DNA of 64,000 nucleotides from Candidatus Woesearchaeota archaeon (GTDB lineage Archaea; Nanobdellota; Nanobdellia; Woesearchaeales; JAZDKJ01): NCBI GenBank assembly GCA_043803105.1, contig JAZDKJ010000012.1, positions 1 to 64,000 of the forward strand, read 5' to 3'. Shown piece by piece: positions 56,085 to 64,000 of this stretch (position 1 is its first letter; each line of letters starts with the position of its first letter). The notes under the pieces were generated by a model. It saw only the letters and a program-made list of their open reading frames with translations, ran no database searches and was not told where the DNA came from. The position numbers and the translations under genes were made by a program.

Positions 56085-56517
56085 TGAGGTCTCCCACAGT
56101 TAGACCTTCTGCTGCTTTCGGCTTGGCCTGATTGCTGTTTTCCTTGTATTCTTCAACAAGCTTGATTTTTAAGAATCTTTCTATTTTTCGTGCTAGCTCG
56201 ATTGGTGGTTGGTACCTTCCTGATTCTATGTTGTGTATTAAGGAAGTTTTTTCGCTTATTTTATTTGCAAATTCCTCCTGCTTTAGCCCTAATGCCTCTC
56301 GCGCCTGTTTTACTAGCACCGCATAGTTGCCCACTACAATTTCTTGTGCAGGCTCTTCCCTCTGCCGCTCAGGTTTTTTGCTTGGTACAACCAGTGATGC
56401 AGGCTTGTTTGGCAGAAGCTTTCCGTACTTAGAACATTTTTCGCAGACCATCAGTTCTATCCCTTCTACTGATGTCCTCAGGAGCGCCTCTTCCTTGCCA
56501 CAGAGCTCGCATTGCAT
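56071..56517 (-). CDS. mbf1: Archaeal multiprotein bridging factor 1 (Zn ribbon plus HTH)
   Basis: MQCELCG...VCEKCSKYG; AREALGLKQEEFA...IESG; LTVGDLI. Confidence 0.9.
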   Translation of the reverse strand: MQCELCGKEEALLRTSVEGIELMVCEKCSKYGKLLPNKPASLVVPSKKPERQREEPAQEIVVGNYAVLVKQAREALGLKQEEFANKISEKTSLIHNIESGRYQPPIELARKIERFLKIKLVEEYKENSNQAKPKAAEGLTVGDLIKLG

Positions 56518-56667
56518 TTTTTAGCACCCCATCTTCTTTGTCTTTGTCGTCCATTTTTGGACATCTCACGTAAAGTGTGACAGATATAAAAATCTTTGCT
56601 GCTTACATAATTTTGTCCTCTGATAAATCCGTTAAGTTTAAATAATCACCTCAAATTAGCTTGGGCT

Positions 56668-57807
56668 ATGAAGCATGCCTCTCCAAACAGGGAAATCTCC
56701 CTTAATGAGCAAAGTGAGATTGCCAACTATGTTGATAAGGCTCGATTGCGAGGCTATGCTGACAAGAGAATCCTTAAGAGTCTTTCTTCTGCAGGCTGGC
56801 CGGAAAATATTGTTCTTTCGATAATGCAAGAGTGTGATTCCAAGCCTGGCAATAGCATCATCAAGTGTGTTAATCTGACTAAGCGTTTTGGAGATAATGT
56901 TGTGCTTGATTCAATCTCCCTTGAGATACCAGAGGGAGGCATTTTCGGAATCATTGGTCTGAGCGGCTCTGGAAAGACCACGCTGCTCAATTCTATGATA
57001 GGGTTTCTGCAGCCTGATGAAGGTGAGGTTTTCTTTCACAAGCCTCGTTCCTCAGAATACCTTTCTGTTTCTGAGAGGCTGATGGACGTAAAGAGGCTTT
57101 TTGGTTTTGCCACCCAAGAGCCTTCCTTTTACAACAAGCTCACCACTGAAGAGAATCTTGACCATTTTGGCTCATTGTATAATCTGCCCACCAATGTGCG
57201 CAAAGCTAATGTGAGCCTGTTGCTCGAGCTCATGGGGCTGACTGAGTCAAAGAATACCCTTGCTGAGAACCTTTCCGGGGGCATGCAGCGCCGACTAGGT
57301 ATTGCCTGCTCTCTCATCCATGATCCAAAGATATTGATACTTGATGAGCCGACTGCAGACCTCGATCCTCTTCTGCGCCGAGAGATGTGGAACCTTATAA
57401 GTAAGATAAACCAGCAGGGCACCACAGTAATCCTCTCCTCGCACTTCTTGAGTGAAATCGAGGAATTGTGCACAAATGTGGCTATCCTCCATAACAGGAA
57501 GATTGTTGACGTAGGGACCCCTAATGAGCTAAGAAAGAAGCTCTCTACCAACGAGGAGATTCACCTGCGGACAGCATCTGCTAACTATGAGAAGCTCATA
57601 CGCGAGCTTCAGAAGGAGAACCTTTTTATCGAACAGCTTATAGAGAAGGACCATAAGCTAGTGATAGTGACCCCTCACGCAGAACGGATCCTTCATGCCT
57701 TGATACACGTCGTTGAAAGGAACAAGGAGTCCATCGTTGACCTCGATGTGGTTGACAAGCCTAGCCTCTTTGAGGTTTTCGAGCATTTGGTTATGAATAG
57801 TCATTAA
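56668..57807 (+). CDS. ABC transporter ATP-binding protein with N-terminal extension
   Basis: GLSGSGKTT; LSGGMQRR; ILDEPT; SSH. Confidence 0.92.
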   Translation: MKHASPNREISLNEQSEIANYVDKARLRGYADKRILKSLSSAGWPENIVLSIMQECDSKPGNSIIKCVNLTKRFGDNVVLDSISLEIPEGGIFGIIGLSGSGKTTLLNSMIGFLQPDEGEVFFHKPRSSEYLSVSERLMDVKRLFGFATQEPSFYNKLTTEENLDHFGSLYNLPTNVRKANVSLLLELMGLTESKNTLAENLSGGMQRRLGIACSLIHDPKILILDEPTADLDPLLRREMWNLISKINQQGTTVILSSHFLSEIEELCTNVAILHNRKIVDVGTPNELRKKLSTNEEIHLRTASANYEKLIRELQKENLFIEQLIEKDHKLVIVTPHAERILHALIHVVERNKESIVDLDVVDKPSLFEVFEHLVMNSH

Positions 57808-57821
57808 AAGGAGGTGTATTT

Positions 57822-59558
57822 TTGGGTACTATACTCAAGGTTATCAAGAAGAATATCAAGCTCTTGATACGCTCCAAGGGTTCAGCCCTCATAGTCATTT
57901 TTGGCCCGCTCCTTGTCATTTTTCTTGTTGGCATTGCCTTTGACAACAGCAATGCCTATATGGTTAAGATTGGTGCCTATTCCGAAAAGTTTAGCGATTT
58001 TTCGAACAGCATTGTGAACCAGCTTAACGATAAGGATTTCAGGGTCTCGATTTTTTCTTCTAAGGAGGCTTGCATTGAGGCTATAAAGCAAGGTGAGGTT
58101 CACGTCTGCATGTTCTTTTCCAAGGATTTCACTATCGGCAAGGACATGAATAATGAGATCGCCTTTTACATTGACTATTCCAAGATAAATCTGGTCTGGA
58201 TGATCCTTGACACCTTGTCAGATGAGGTTCAATCAAAATCCTCGCAGGTTAGCATGGACCTGACGAACGTGCTGCTCACCAAGCTTGAGGACACCAGAAA
58301 AGAGGTGTCTTCAGACAAGGCCTTGGTTATCAAGCTTATCGATGGATCGGGCAAGGAGTCTGCGGATGTGTCTGCAATGCAGTCTTCGCTTCAGGGATTG
58401 AATCTCAATATGGACCTAGACAATTTCCCGGTCAAGGCCGTGGTCAATAGAACTGATCTTGTCAAGAAGCTCTCCGCAGACATTGCGAAGACGACCAATG
58501 ATTATATGTTGGACTTAAGGAAACAGCTGCGCAAGATGAATGTTACAGTCGCTGACATAGACAAGGTTATTGTGATCCTTGATGGCACAAAGTCTAAGCT
58601 TGATAACATGACCAAGAGGATGAACAGTAACACATCTGACCTTGCCTCTTTAGCATCCACTTTGCAGGAAAGCATTAGTTCTGTCAAGAGCCAGATTGAC
58701 GCTGCTGGTTCTGTGAGAAGGGATATCCTTGTCAAGCTTTCTGACTTGAAGAATCTCTTGGAATCTGACCTTGCAACCATAATGTCTATCCAGAGTTCAT
58801 TCAATAAGATCGAGAGCAACATTCAAGGAATCCAGGTAAAGAATGCAGAGAGCATAGTGAGTCCTATCAAGACAACCATCAACCCAGTAACTTCAAAGAA
58901 GACGCATCTGAATTACATTTTTCCAAGCCTTATTGTTCTCGTTGTGATGTTTGTGAGTCTCTTGCTCTCATCTACTCTGGTTGTAATGGAAAAAAGCTCA
59001 AAAGCCTATTTTCGCAACTTTATCACACCAACCAGGGACATTGTTTTCATTGTTGCCACTTACCTTACCAGTCTTTTGTTGCTTTTTGTCCAGGTTGTGG
59101 TTATACTGATAGTTGCTGCTTTCTTTTTCAAGTCGCAGCTCATTTCATCTTTGCCGAACACAATCCTCACCCTGTTCATAGCAGGGACCTTTTTCATTCT
59201 TGTTGGAATGGCTGTCGGTTACCTATTCAATTCTGAAGAGACATCAACCCTTGCTGCGATCTCCCTTGGCAGCGTTTTCCTTTTCCTTTCAAGTGTTATC
59301 CTGCCGCTCGAGAGCATGCCGCAGTATGTTATGCGGATTGCAGAATTTAACCCCTTCGTTGTCTCAGAGAATGCTCTGCGCCAGGCCTTGCTGTTCCAGT
59401 ATCCATTAAGGTTAATTGGTTACGAGCTTCTTCTGCTCTTGGGATACTCTGCTTTATTATTCGGGCTTACTCTGGTTATCCAAAAGGTTATGAAAAAACA
59501 TTTTGTCACCAAATACGCGCGGCGCTTTGCCCCCGTCAAGATGAAGAAAAAAGAATGA
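57822..59558 (+). CDS. ABC-2 type permease with large coiled-coil extracellular loop
   Basis: N-terminal TM, long helical loop, about six C-terminal TMs; LPLESMP...FNPF. Confidence 0.85.
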   Translation: MGTILKVIKKNIKLLIRSKGSALIVIFGPLLVIFLVGIAFDNSNAYMVKIGAYSEKFSDFSNSIVNQLNDKDFRVSIFSSKEACIEAIKQGEVHVCMFFSKDFTIGKDMNNEIAFYIDYSKINLVWMILDTLSDEVQSKSSQVSMDLTNVLLTKLEDTRKEVSSDKALVIKLIDGSGKESADVSAMQSSLQGLNLNMDLDNFPVKAVVNRTDLVKKLSADIAKTTNDYMLDLRKQLRKMNVTVADIDKVIVILDGTKSKLDNMTKRMNSNTSDLASLASTLQESISSVKSQIDAAGSVRRDILVKLSDLKNLLESDLATIMSIQSSFNKIESNIQGIQVKNAESIVSPIKTTINPVTSKKTHLNYIFPSLIVLVVMFVSLLLSSTLVVMEKSSKAYFRNFITPTRDIVFIVATYLTSLLLLFVQVVVILIVAAFFFKSQLISSLPNTILTLFIAGTFFILVGMAVGYLFNSEETSTLAAISLGSVFLFLSSVILPLESMPQYVMRIAEFNPFVVSENALRQALLFQYPLRLIGYELLLLLGYSALLFGLTLVIQKVMKKHFVTKYARRFAPVKMKKKE

Positions 59559-59565
59559 TCTTGCC

Positions 59566-60066
59566 ATGACTGTTATCCTGGTGTCCGGAACCCCTGGCAC
59601 TGGTAAGACAACTCTTGCGAAGCTCATCTCTGAACGCTTTGGCTATCACCTGTTGGATGTAAACAAGCTGATTAAGAGAAGGAATCTTGCAGAAGGTTAT
59701 GACAAGTTGCGTGATTCGTTAATTGTTGATGTGAACAAACTCTCAAAGGTTCTGGTGAAGATGATCTCACGTTCTCATGATGTTGTTGTTGATTCTCATC
59801 TTTCTCATTACCTTCCTCCATCCTGCGCTGATGCATGCCTTGTTACCAAATGCACTTTGAAGGAGCTTAAGCGAAGGTTAGAAGAACGATATAGTCAGGC
59901 AAAAGTGCGTGAAAATCTTGATGCAGAGGTCTTTGACATAATCAGAAACGAGGCGGTTGAGCTTGGTCACAGAGTCTACATTGTTAGGACAACGCACGGC
60001 ATCAATTTGAAAAGGGTTAAGTCCATTCTAAGCAAGGTGAGTCATGACAGACAAAACCATTCTTGA
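59566..60066 (+). CDS. Adenylate kinase, archaeal AK6/Fap7 type
   Basis: ILVSGTPGTGKTT; VVDSHLSH; LKRRLEERY...KVRENLDAE. Confidence 0.88.
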   Translation: MTVILVSGTPGTGKTTLAKLISERFGYHLLDVNKLIKRRNLAEGYDKLRDSLIVDVNKLSKVLVKMISRSHDVVVDSHLSHYLPPSCADACLVTKCTLKELKRRLEERYSQAKVRENLDAEVFDIIRNEAVELGHRVYIVRTTHGINLKRVKSILSKVSHDRQNHS

Positions 60067-60682
60067 TTATGCGAGAAAGGCAGCAGCCATTGGAGCTGCA
60101 AAGAGCGTGGTTAAGGCTCGCTTGCTGTCTGCTGGTTGGCCAGAGCAGGATGTTTCAAGAGCGATCTCTTCAGCGTATTCAAAAAAGCATAAGCTTATGT
60201 TGCCCTTGCTAATGCTCCTTTTGCTTTGCCTTGCTTTGGTTGTCTTGTTTTACAATACCCAGACCTCCGCTTCATCGATCATGCTAAATTTTCAGGTGCC
60301 AAAATCTGTCTACAAGGTTGGAGAACCTTTTTCCGGATCATTGAGCTTCCATCATTCCTTCTTAACCTTTAGGTCTGTGCTCTTGCTGTCTTACCAAGAG
60401 CAGGACTTCCCTTCAAACTCCACTCTAACGGCATCTGTTGTTGAACCCTTAAGCTTTCGCGACCAGTCGTTACCTCTTGCTGCGTTTTCCTTGCATGATA
60501 ATGCCTTGGAGTTCTCTGATTCATTTGCTAGGCGCGGGATGTATTCATTTTATGTCTCTGTTTTTTCGTGTGCGGTGCTGGAAAAGAAGCTGCATAAGTC
60601 ATGCAGTGAAATAACAAAGGAAGACATAAGCACGTTATTGCCGCTGCTCACTAGCATGGTAAAGGTTGTCGTTGTAAGTTAG
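60044..60682 (+). CDS. Hypothetical single-TM protein
   Basis: N-terminal L.SAGWPE motif shared with the ABC ATPase extension; one TM. Confidence 0.55.
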   Translation: MTDKTILDYARKAAAIGAAKSVVKARLLSAGWPEQDVSRAISSAYSKKHKLMLPLLMLLLLCLALVVLFYNTQTSASSIMLNFQVPKSVYKVGEPFSGSLSFHHSFLTFRSVLLLSYQEQDFPSNSTLTASVVEPLSFRDQSLPLAAFSLHDNALEFSDSFARRGMYSFYVSVFSCAVLEKKLHKSCSEITKEDISTLLPLLTSMVKVVVVS

Positions 60683-60688
60683 AAGTAA

Positions 60689-60895
60689 TGCGGGGAGTAG
60701 GATTTTCATGCTGACTTGCAATCTTGAACCCACGTAGGCACTAAGCCAATAGATGGCCCACAGAGCATTTCATCGGCGTTAGCCTCATCACTCGATGACT
60801 TGAGTTTGGATTTTTCGTACCCACATACCGAAAAACTATCCCGTTTGGCTTAGACCGACCAAGGTCGGTCTATTTGGCCACTCCGGCATCCCCGC
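60689..60895 (-). tRNA. tRNA-Leu(CAA) interrupted by four introns
   Basis: Removing about 29, 30, 44 and 20 nt inserts gives an 84-nt cloverleaf: GCGGGGA/TCCCCGC-A, CCG/CGG, ATAGA-CTCAAGA-TCTAT, long variable arm, GTGGG-TTCAAAT-CCTAC. Confidence 0.85.
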
Positions 60896-61002
60896 AAACT
60901 TGAGTTTTGTGGGCCTTAGACAATGTCTGATTTGCCCGCAAATGCCCTTCAGATTTTATCTGGTGAGCACGCACAAAAAGAATGGTTGTATGTTTATAAA
61001 TC

Positions 61003-61362
61003 TTATTTAAGCCTCTCAAGTTTGCTCTCGAGTTCAAGCAGCTCTTGCTCTAGTTTGTCTATTGCTGAGCTGTTGTTCACGCTTTGCTTGACAGGTATTG
61101 TCCTGGCAACCTCGACCGGTTTTGGGAGTGATTTGAGGTTTGCTTTCGGGATTGCTGCCCTTAGTCTTGTGTTGAGCATGTTAATCTCTTCAAATAGCCT
61201 TTTCAGTTTGGCAACAAGCTCTCCCTTTTCTGCCCGCCTTGACTTGTTTGTTTCGTACAGTCGCAGGTTGTGTATTATGTCTTTTGAGCAGCCAAGTATG
61301 GATCGTCTCATCTGGACAGGCTCTTGAATTCCCACAAAGAATATCTCTTTTTGCTCGTTCAT
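61003..61362 (-). CDS. Hypothetical coiled-coil protein
   Basis: Third gene of a tight - strand trio; heptad-rich. Confidence 0.65.
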   Translation of the reverse strand: MNEQKEIFFVGIQEPVQMRRSILGCSKDIIHNLRLYETNKSRRAEKGELVAKLKRLFEEINMLNTRLRAAIPKANLKSLPKPVEVARTIPVKQSVNNSSAIDKLEQELLELESKLERLK

Positions 61363-61364
61363 CT

Positions 61365-61604
61365 TCAGAATGGCTCGGTCTCAAAAAGTGTCTTGTCTAT
61401 ATAGCTGATCTTTCTCTCGATTTCGTCAAGCTGTGTTTTCCATTGCTCAAGGGTGGCGTCCTCTTCATTCTTTATCTCGCTCAATCTGCCCATGACAGAT
61501 CTGGTCTCTGCAATCTTCGTCTTTAGAAGGCCCATAAGATCAAGTATGTCTTTGTATTCATCTATCCTAACAAAGATTGGCATTTCTTTTCTTGTCTCCA
61601 TCAT
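61365..61604 (-). CDS. Hypothetical coiled-coil protein (PxFVRxDxY family)
   Basis: PIFVRIDEYKDILD...KNEED...W; GGGGTG SD upstream. Confidence 0.7.
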   Translation of the reverse strand: MMETRKEMPIFVRIDEYKDILDLMGLLKTKIAETRSVMGRLSEIKNEEDATLEQWKTQLDEIERKISYIDKTLFETEPF

Positions 61605-61610
61605 GCACCC

Positions 61611-62129
61611 CTAGCTTGACACGATCCTGTCCACGTACATGAGCTTTCGCTGCATGTCCTCGAGCTCAAGCCTCCATTTCTCGAATTCCTTGTCCTCCTC
61701 GTTCTTGAGTTCATTCATCCTGACTACTATATCGCTTGCCTCTTTCAGGTTGTTTCTGATTTCGGCTGCTCCATCGATTATTTCCCTATAATCATCCACC
61801 CTCACGAAAAGTGGTTTTTGCATCCCGATTGCCTTGAGTATCCTTTCCCTTGAGATTTCTGGTTGTGCTGCCTCTGTCACCCTCGGTTTTATTAGGTGTT
61901 CTATAGGTATCTCGATTTTCTCTGGTTGCATCAAAACTTCTGGTTTTGGTGAGAATGCCTCTGGCTGTGGTATGGGTAATGGTTCATGCCTTTGTGTCTC
62001 CACTTTAGGTCTTGCCTTTGGATAAACTGGTGGCGGGGGCAGATCTAGGTCATCCACTGCAGGTATCTCAGGCAAGGTAATCTCTGAGTTAGAAGCCTGC
62101 TCCCTACCAAACAACCCTAAAAAACCCAT
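61611..62129 (-). CDS. Hypothetical protein: Pro-rich linker plus PxFVRxDxY coiled-coil domain
   Basis: PLFVRVDDYREIID...KNEED.EFEKW; GGGGTGA SD upstream. Confidence 0.7.
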   Translation of the reverse strand: MGFLGLFGREQASNSEITLPEIPAVDDLDLPPPPVYPKARPKVETQRHEPLPIPQPEAFSPKPEVLMQPEKIEIPIEHLIKPRVTEAAQPEISRERILKAIGMQKPLFVRVDDYREIIDGAAEIRNNLKEASDIVVRMNELKNEEDKEFEKWRLELEDMQRKLMYVDRIVSS

Positions 62130-62329
62130 CTCATCACCCCTTTGCTTGGCTTTCTATTGGCTTGCCATATTAAAAGTTTTTGTGAGTATTTTTAGATAGT
62201 GAAAATATTTCTTGCACACTTTTATACTCCCTTGGCTATCCTGTATTTTGAAGAGATATTGACAGAAAATGATTATTGTATCATGATAAACCTTATAAAC
62301 TACCTTCAATACTACAATTTCAGTTGTTG

Positions 62330-62684
62330 GCGTGTCGCCTCAAATTTTTATCGCACTCCTCAAGTTTTTTTGGCGACCAGCGTTCATTTTGACAGAACTT
62401 ACATTCATAAAAAAGGGTGAGTCTTGGGCGGGGATTTGGCATTCGGAAGGTTTGCTGACTCTCCGCCTCTCTCTTTTCTTTCTGATTATTTTGCCTCCAG
62501 GAATATTGACTTGGTTGTGAACATTCCAAAAACCTTTAATAGGGAGGAGCTTACCAACGATTATCAGATTCGGAGGTTGGCTGTCGATTTTGGTGTTTTC
62601 CTAATAACCAATGCAGAGAATGCAAAGTTGTTCTTTGAGTCTCTTGCCGAGTATTCGATTGACAGCCTTGAGATTAAGTCTTGA
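62330..62684 (+). pseudogene. Remnant of the carbamoyl-phosphate synthase large-subunit C-terminal (MGS-like) domain
   Basis: IDLVVNIPK...TNDYQIRRLAVDFGVFLITN...AKLF; upstream part broken across frames; 5' boundary approximate. Confidence 0.6.
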
Positions 62685-62695
62685 GATGAATTCAA

Positions 62696-63637
62696 ATGAG
62701 CATTTTCATTGGTAATGGGATGGTTTTCACTAACGGCAGGCTCGAAAGGCTGAACCTTGTGATTGATGATAGAGTAATTTCCGACCTCACAACAGACCGC
62801 GTCACCTGTGAGCGCTACATTGATGCCAGGGGCAAGCTTATTCTTCCTGGAGTGATATGCTCCCACGTTCTCCACGATTTTTCCTCTGCTGCGGAAAATG
62901 GGGTTACTACAGTCCTTGCTGCCGAGGATTCTCTTTTGAATGATCATGTCAATTATGGGTTTCATTCAGATTCTTTGGAAATGCCAGCTGCCTCTGTTCT
63001 TATGGATATTTGTGATCCCTTAAAGTCTGGGCCTTCAAAACTTGTCTCAATCAGGTCAGACAATTTTTCCACTTTCTTCCCTATCCTGAAAAATACCAAG
63101 AACCGTATCTACCTTCGCGGCATGGGCACTGCCGATCTCTCGCTTCTAAGGAAGTATATGAAAGGAAAGGTCTTTGCCGAATTGTCTCTTGATGCCCTTA
63201 ATTCAGAGGACTCATGGAAATCACTCGAGCGTGTAGATACATTGTCTGCAGACCCGGGTTTTTTTGGTTTGCAGTTCTTGCTTGATTCTGTCAACAAGAA
63301 GCGTCTGAGCCTAGAGAAGGCAGTCTCTCTCTTGTCAGAAAGCCCTGCCTCGATATTTGGTCTTGTTGGCAAGGGCTTCTTGCGCAAGGGTTTTGACGCT
63401 GATTTGGTCTTGGTTGACATGTTTCCATCTTTGCAGGTTGCTAACACTAGAAGCCACTTTAATGGCTTGCTCCTGAAGGGCTGGCCTGTTATGACTATAG
63501 TCAATGGCAAGGTTGCTTTCGAGGATAAGGCCTTGTTTGGCCATTGTGGCAGGCCTGTTTCATACAGGTGGGACCACTTGGAAGAGGAAAATGAATCTAT
63601 TGAAGAATTGTCTGCCGAGGAGCCTCAGCCGAAATAG
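62696..63637 (+). CDS. Degenerate dihydroorotase-like amidohydrolase
   Basis: IDARGKLILPGVICSHV; SESPASIFGL..KG.L.KGFDADLVLVD; KGWPVMTIVNG; short and lacking canonical metal ligands. Confidence 0.7.
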   Translation: MSIFIGNGMVFTNGRLERLNLVIDDRVISDLTTDRVTCERYIDARGKLILPGVICSHVLHDFSSAAENGVTTVLAAEDSLLNDHVNYGFHSDSLEMPAASVLMDICDPLKSGPSKLVSIRSDNFSTFFPILKNTKNRIYLRGMGTADLSLLRKYMKGKVFAELSLDALNSEDSWKSLERVDTLSADPGFFGLQFLLDSVNKKRLSLEKAVSLLSESPASIFGLVGKGFLRKGFDADLVLVDMFPSLQVANTRSHFNGLLLKGWPVMTIVNGKVAFEDKALFGHCGRPVSYRWDHLEEENESIEELSAEEPQPK

Positions 63638-63981
63638 GCTGGCTTGACAGTTGGGCCTTCTTTGAATTCTTTTTCCCGTGCTTTCTTGCCAGGCTTCTTG
63701 ATTTGGCCATACATCTTTTCGTGTTGCTTTATCCTTTCTGCCAGGAGTTCATGCAGCACCTTTGCCAGTGGTGCACTCATTATTATTGCATTATGCCTTA
63801 TTGTGATTGATGTTTGCTGTTCTGCTGATTCCAAAGACATTGGGTCAAATCTTGGAGAGGTCTGCTTAAAGTCGAATACAAACCTCTCTTCATTATCTGC
63901 AATTGTGATTGAATCAGTGAAAAAGGCATCCCCATGGTTAACACTGACGTTCACGCTTTTCTGTTTATCCATTTGCATCAC
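63625..63981 (-). CDS. Conserved hypothetical protein (DUF3467-like)
   Basis: FFTDSITI...FVFDFKQ..P...IIMSAPLAKVL..LL...I..HEK.YG.I. Confidence 0.65.
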   Translation of the reverse strand: MMQMDKQKSVNVSVNHGDAFFTDSITIADNEERFVFDFKQTSPRFDPMSLESAEQQTSITIRHNAIIMSAPLAKVLHELLAERIKQHEKMYGQIKKPGKKAREKEFKEGPTVKPAYFG

Positions 63982-64000
63982 CCCTGGCTCGATAAGTCCC

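Noticed and set aside
60923-61327. + strand 134-aa ORF and the many other short antisense or nested ORFs
   Set aside because: Shadows of well-supported genes on the other strand or frame, with no recognisable motifs

Overview
This is a gene-dense archaeal window. RadA, RadB, archaeal RPA, uS2, MBF1, an AK6-type kinase, TATA-like promoters and a tRNA with hairpin introns point to a reduced DPANN-type organism, most like Woesearchaeota (inference, no phylogeny run). Bases 1-33 kb hold a near-continuous + strand surface-structure locus: giant Cys-rich/Ig-like proteins plus about 20 genes with class III (type IV pilin-like) signal peptides. Three of those pilin-like proteins carry intact-looking peptidoglycan hydrolase domains (M15 peptidase, Amidase_3, lytic transglycosylase), although archaea lack murein. 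This is the best candidate for a new system: a pilus-type apparatus armed against bacterial walls. At 37.8-44.7 kb a four-copy array fuses a pilin domain from that locus to a ZU5-like domain with an HFSW autoproteolysis motif, a B-repeat-like domain and variable C-termini. Each copy is preceded by a diverged copy of the thpR 3' end. The rest includes a glycosyltransferase cluster with a frameshifted GT2, an ABC exporter, a tRNA-Leu(CAA) with four introns and eroded pyrimidine genes. No pilus ATPase, prepilin peptidase, integrase, CRISPR array or rRNA is visible. All calls are by-eye motif recognition.
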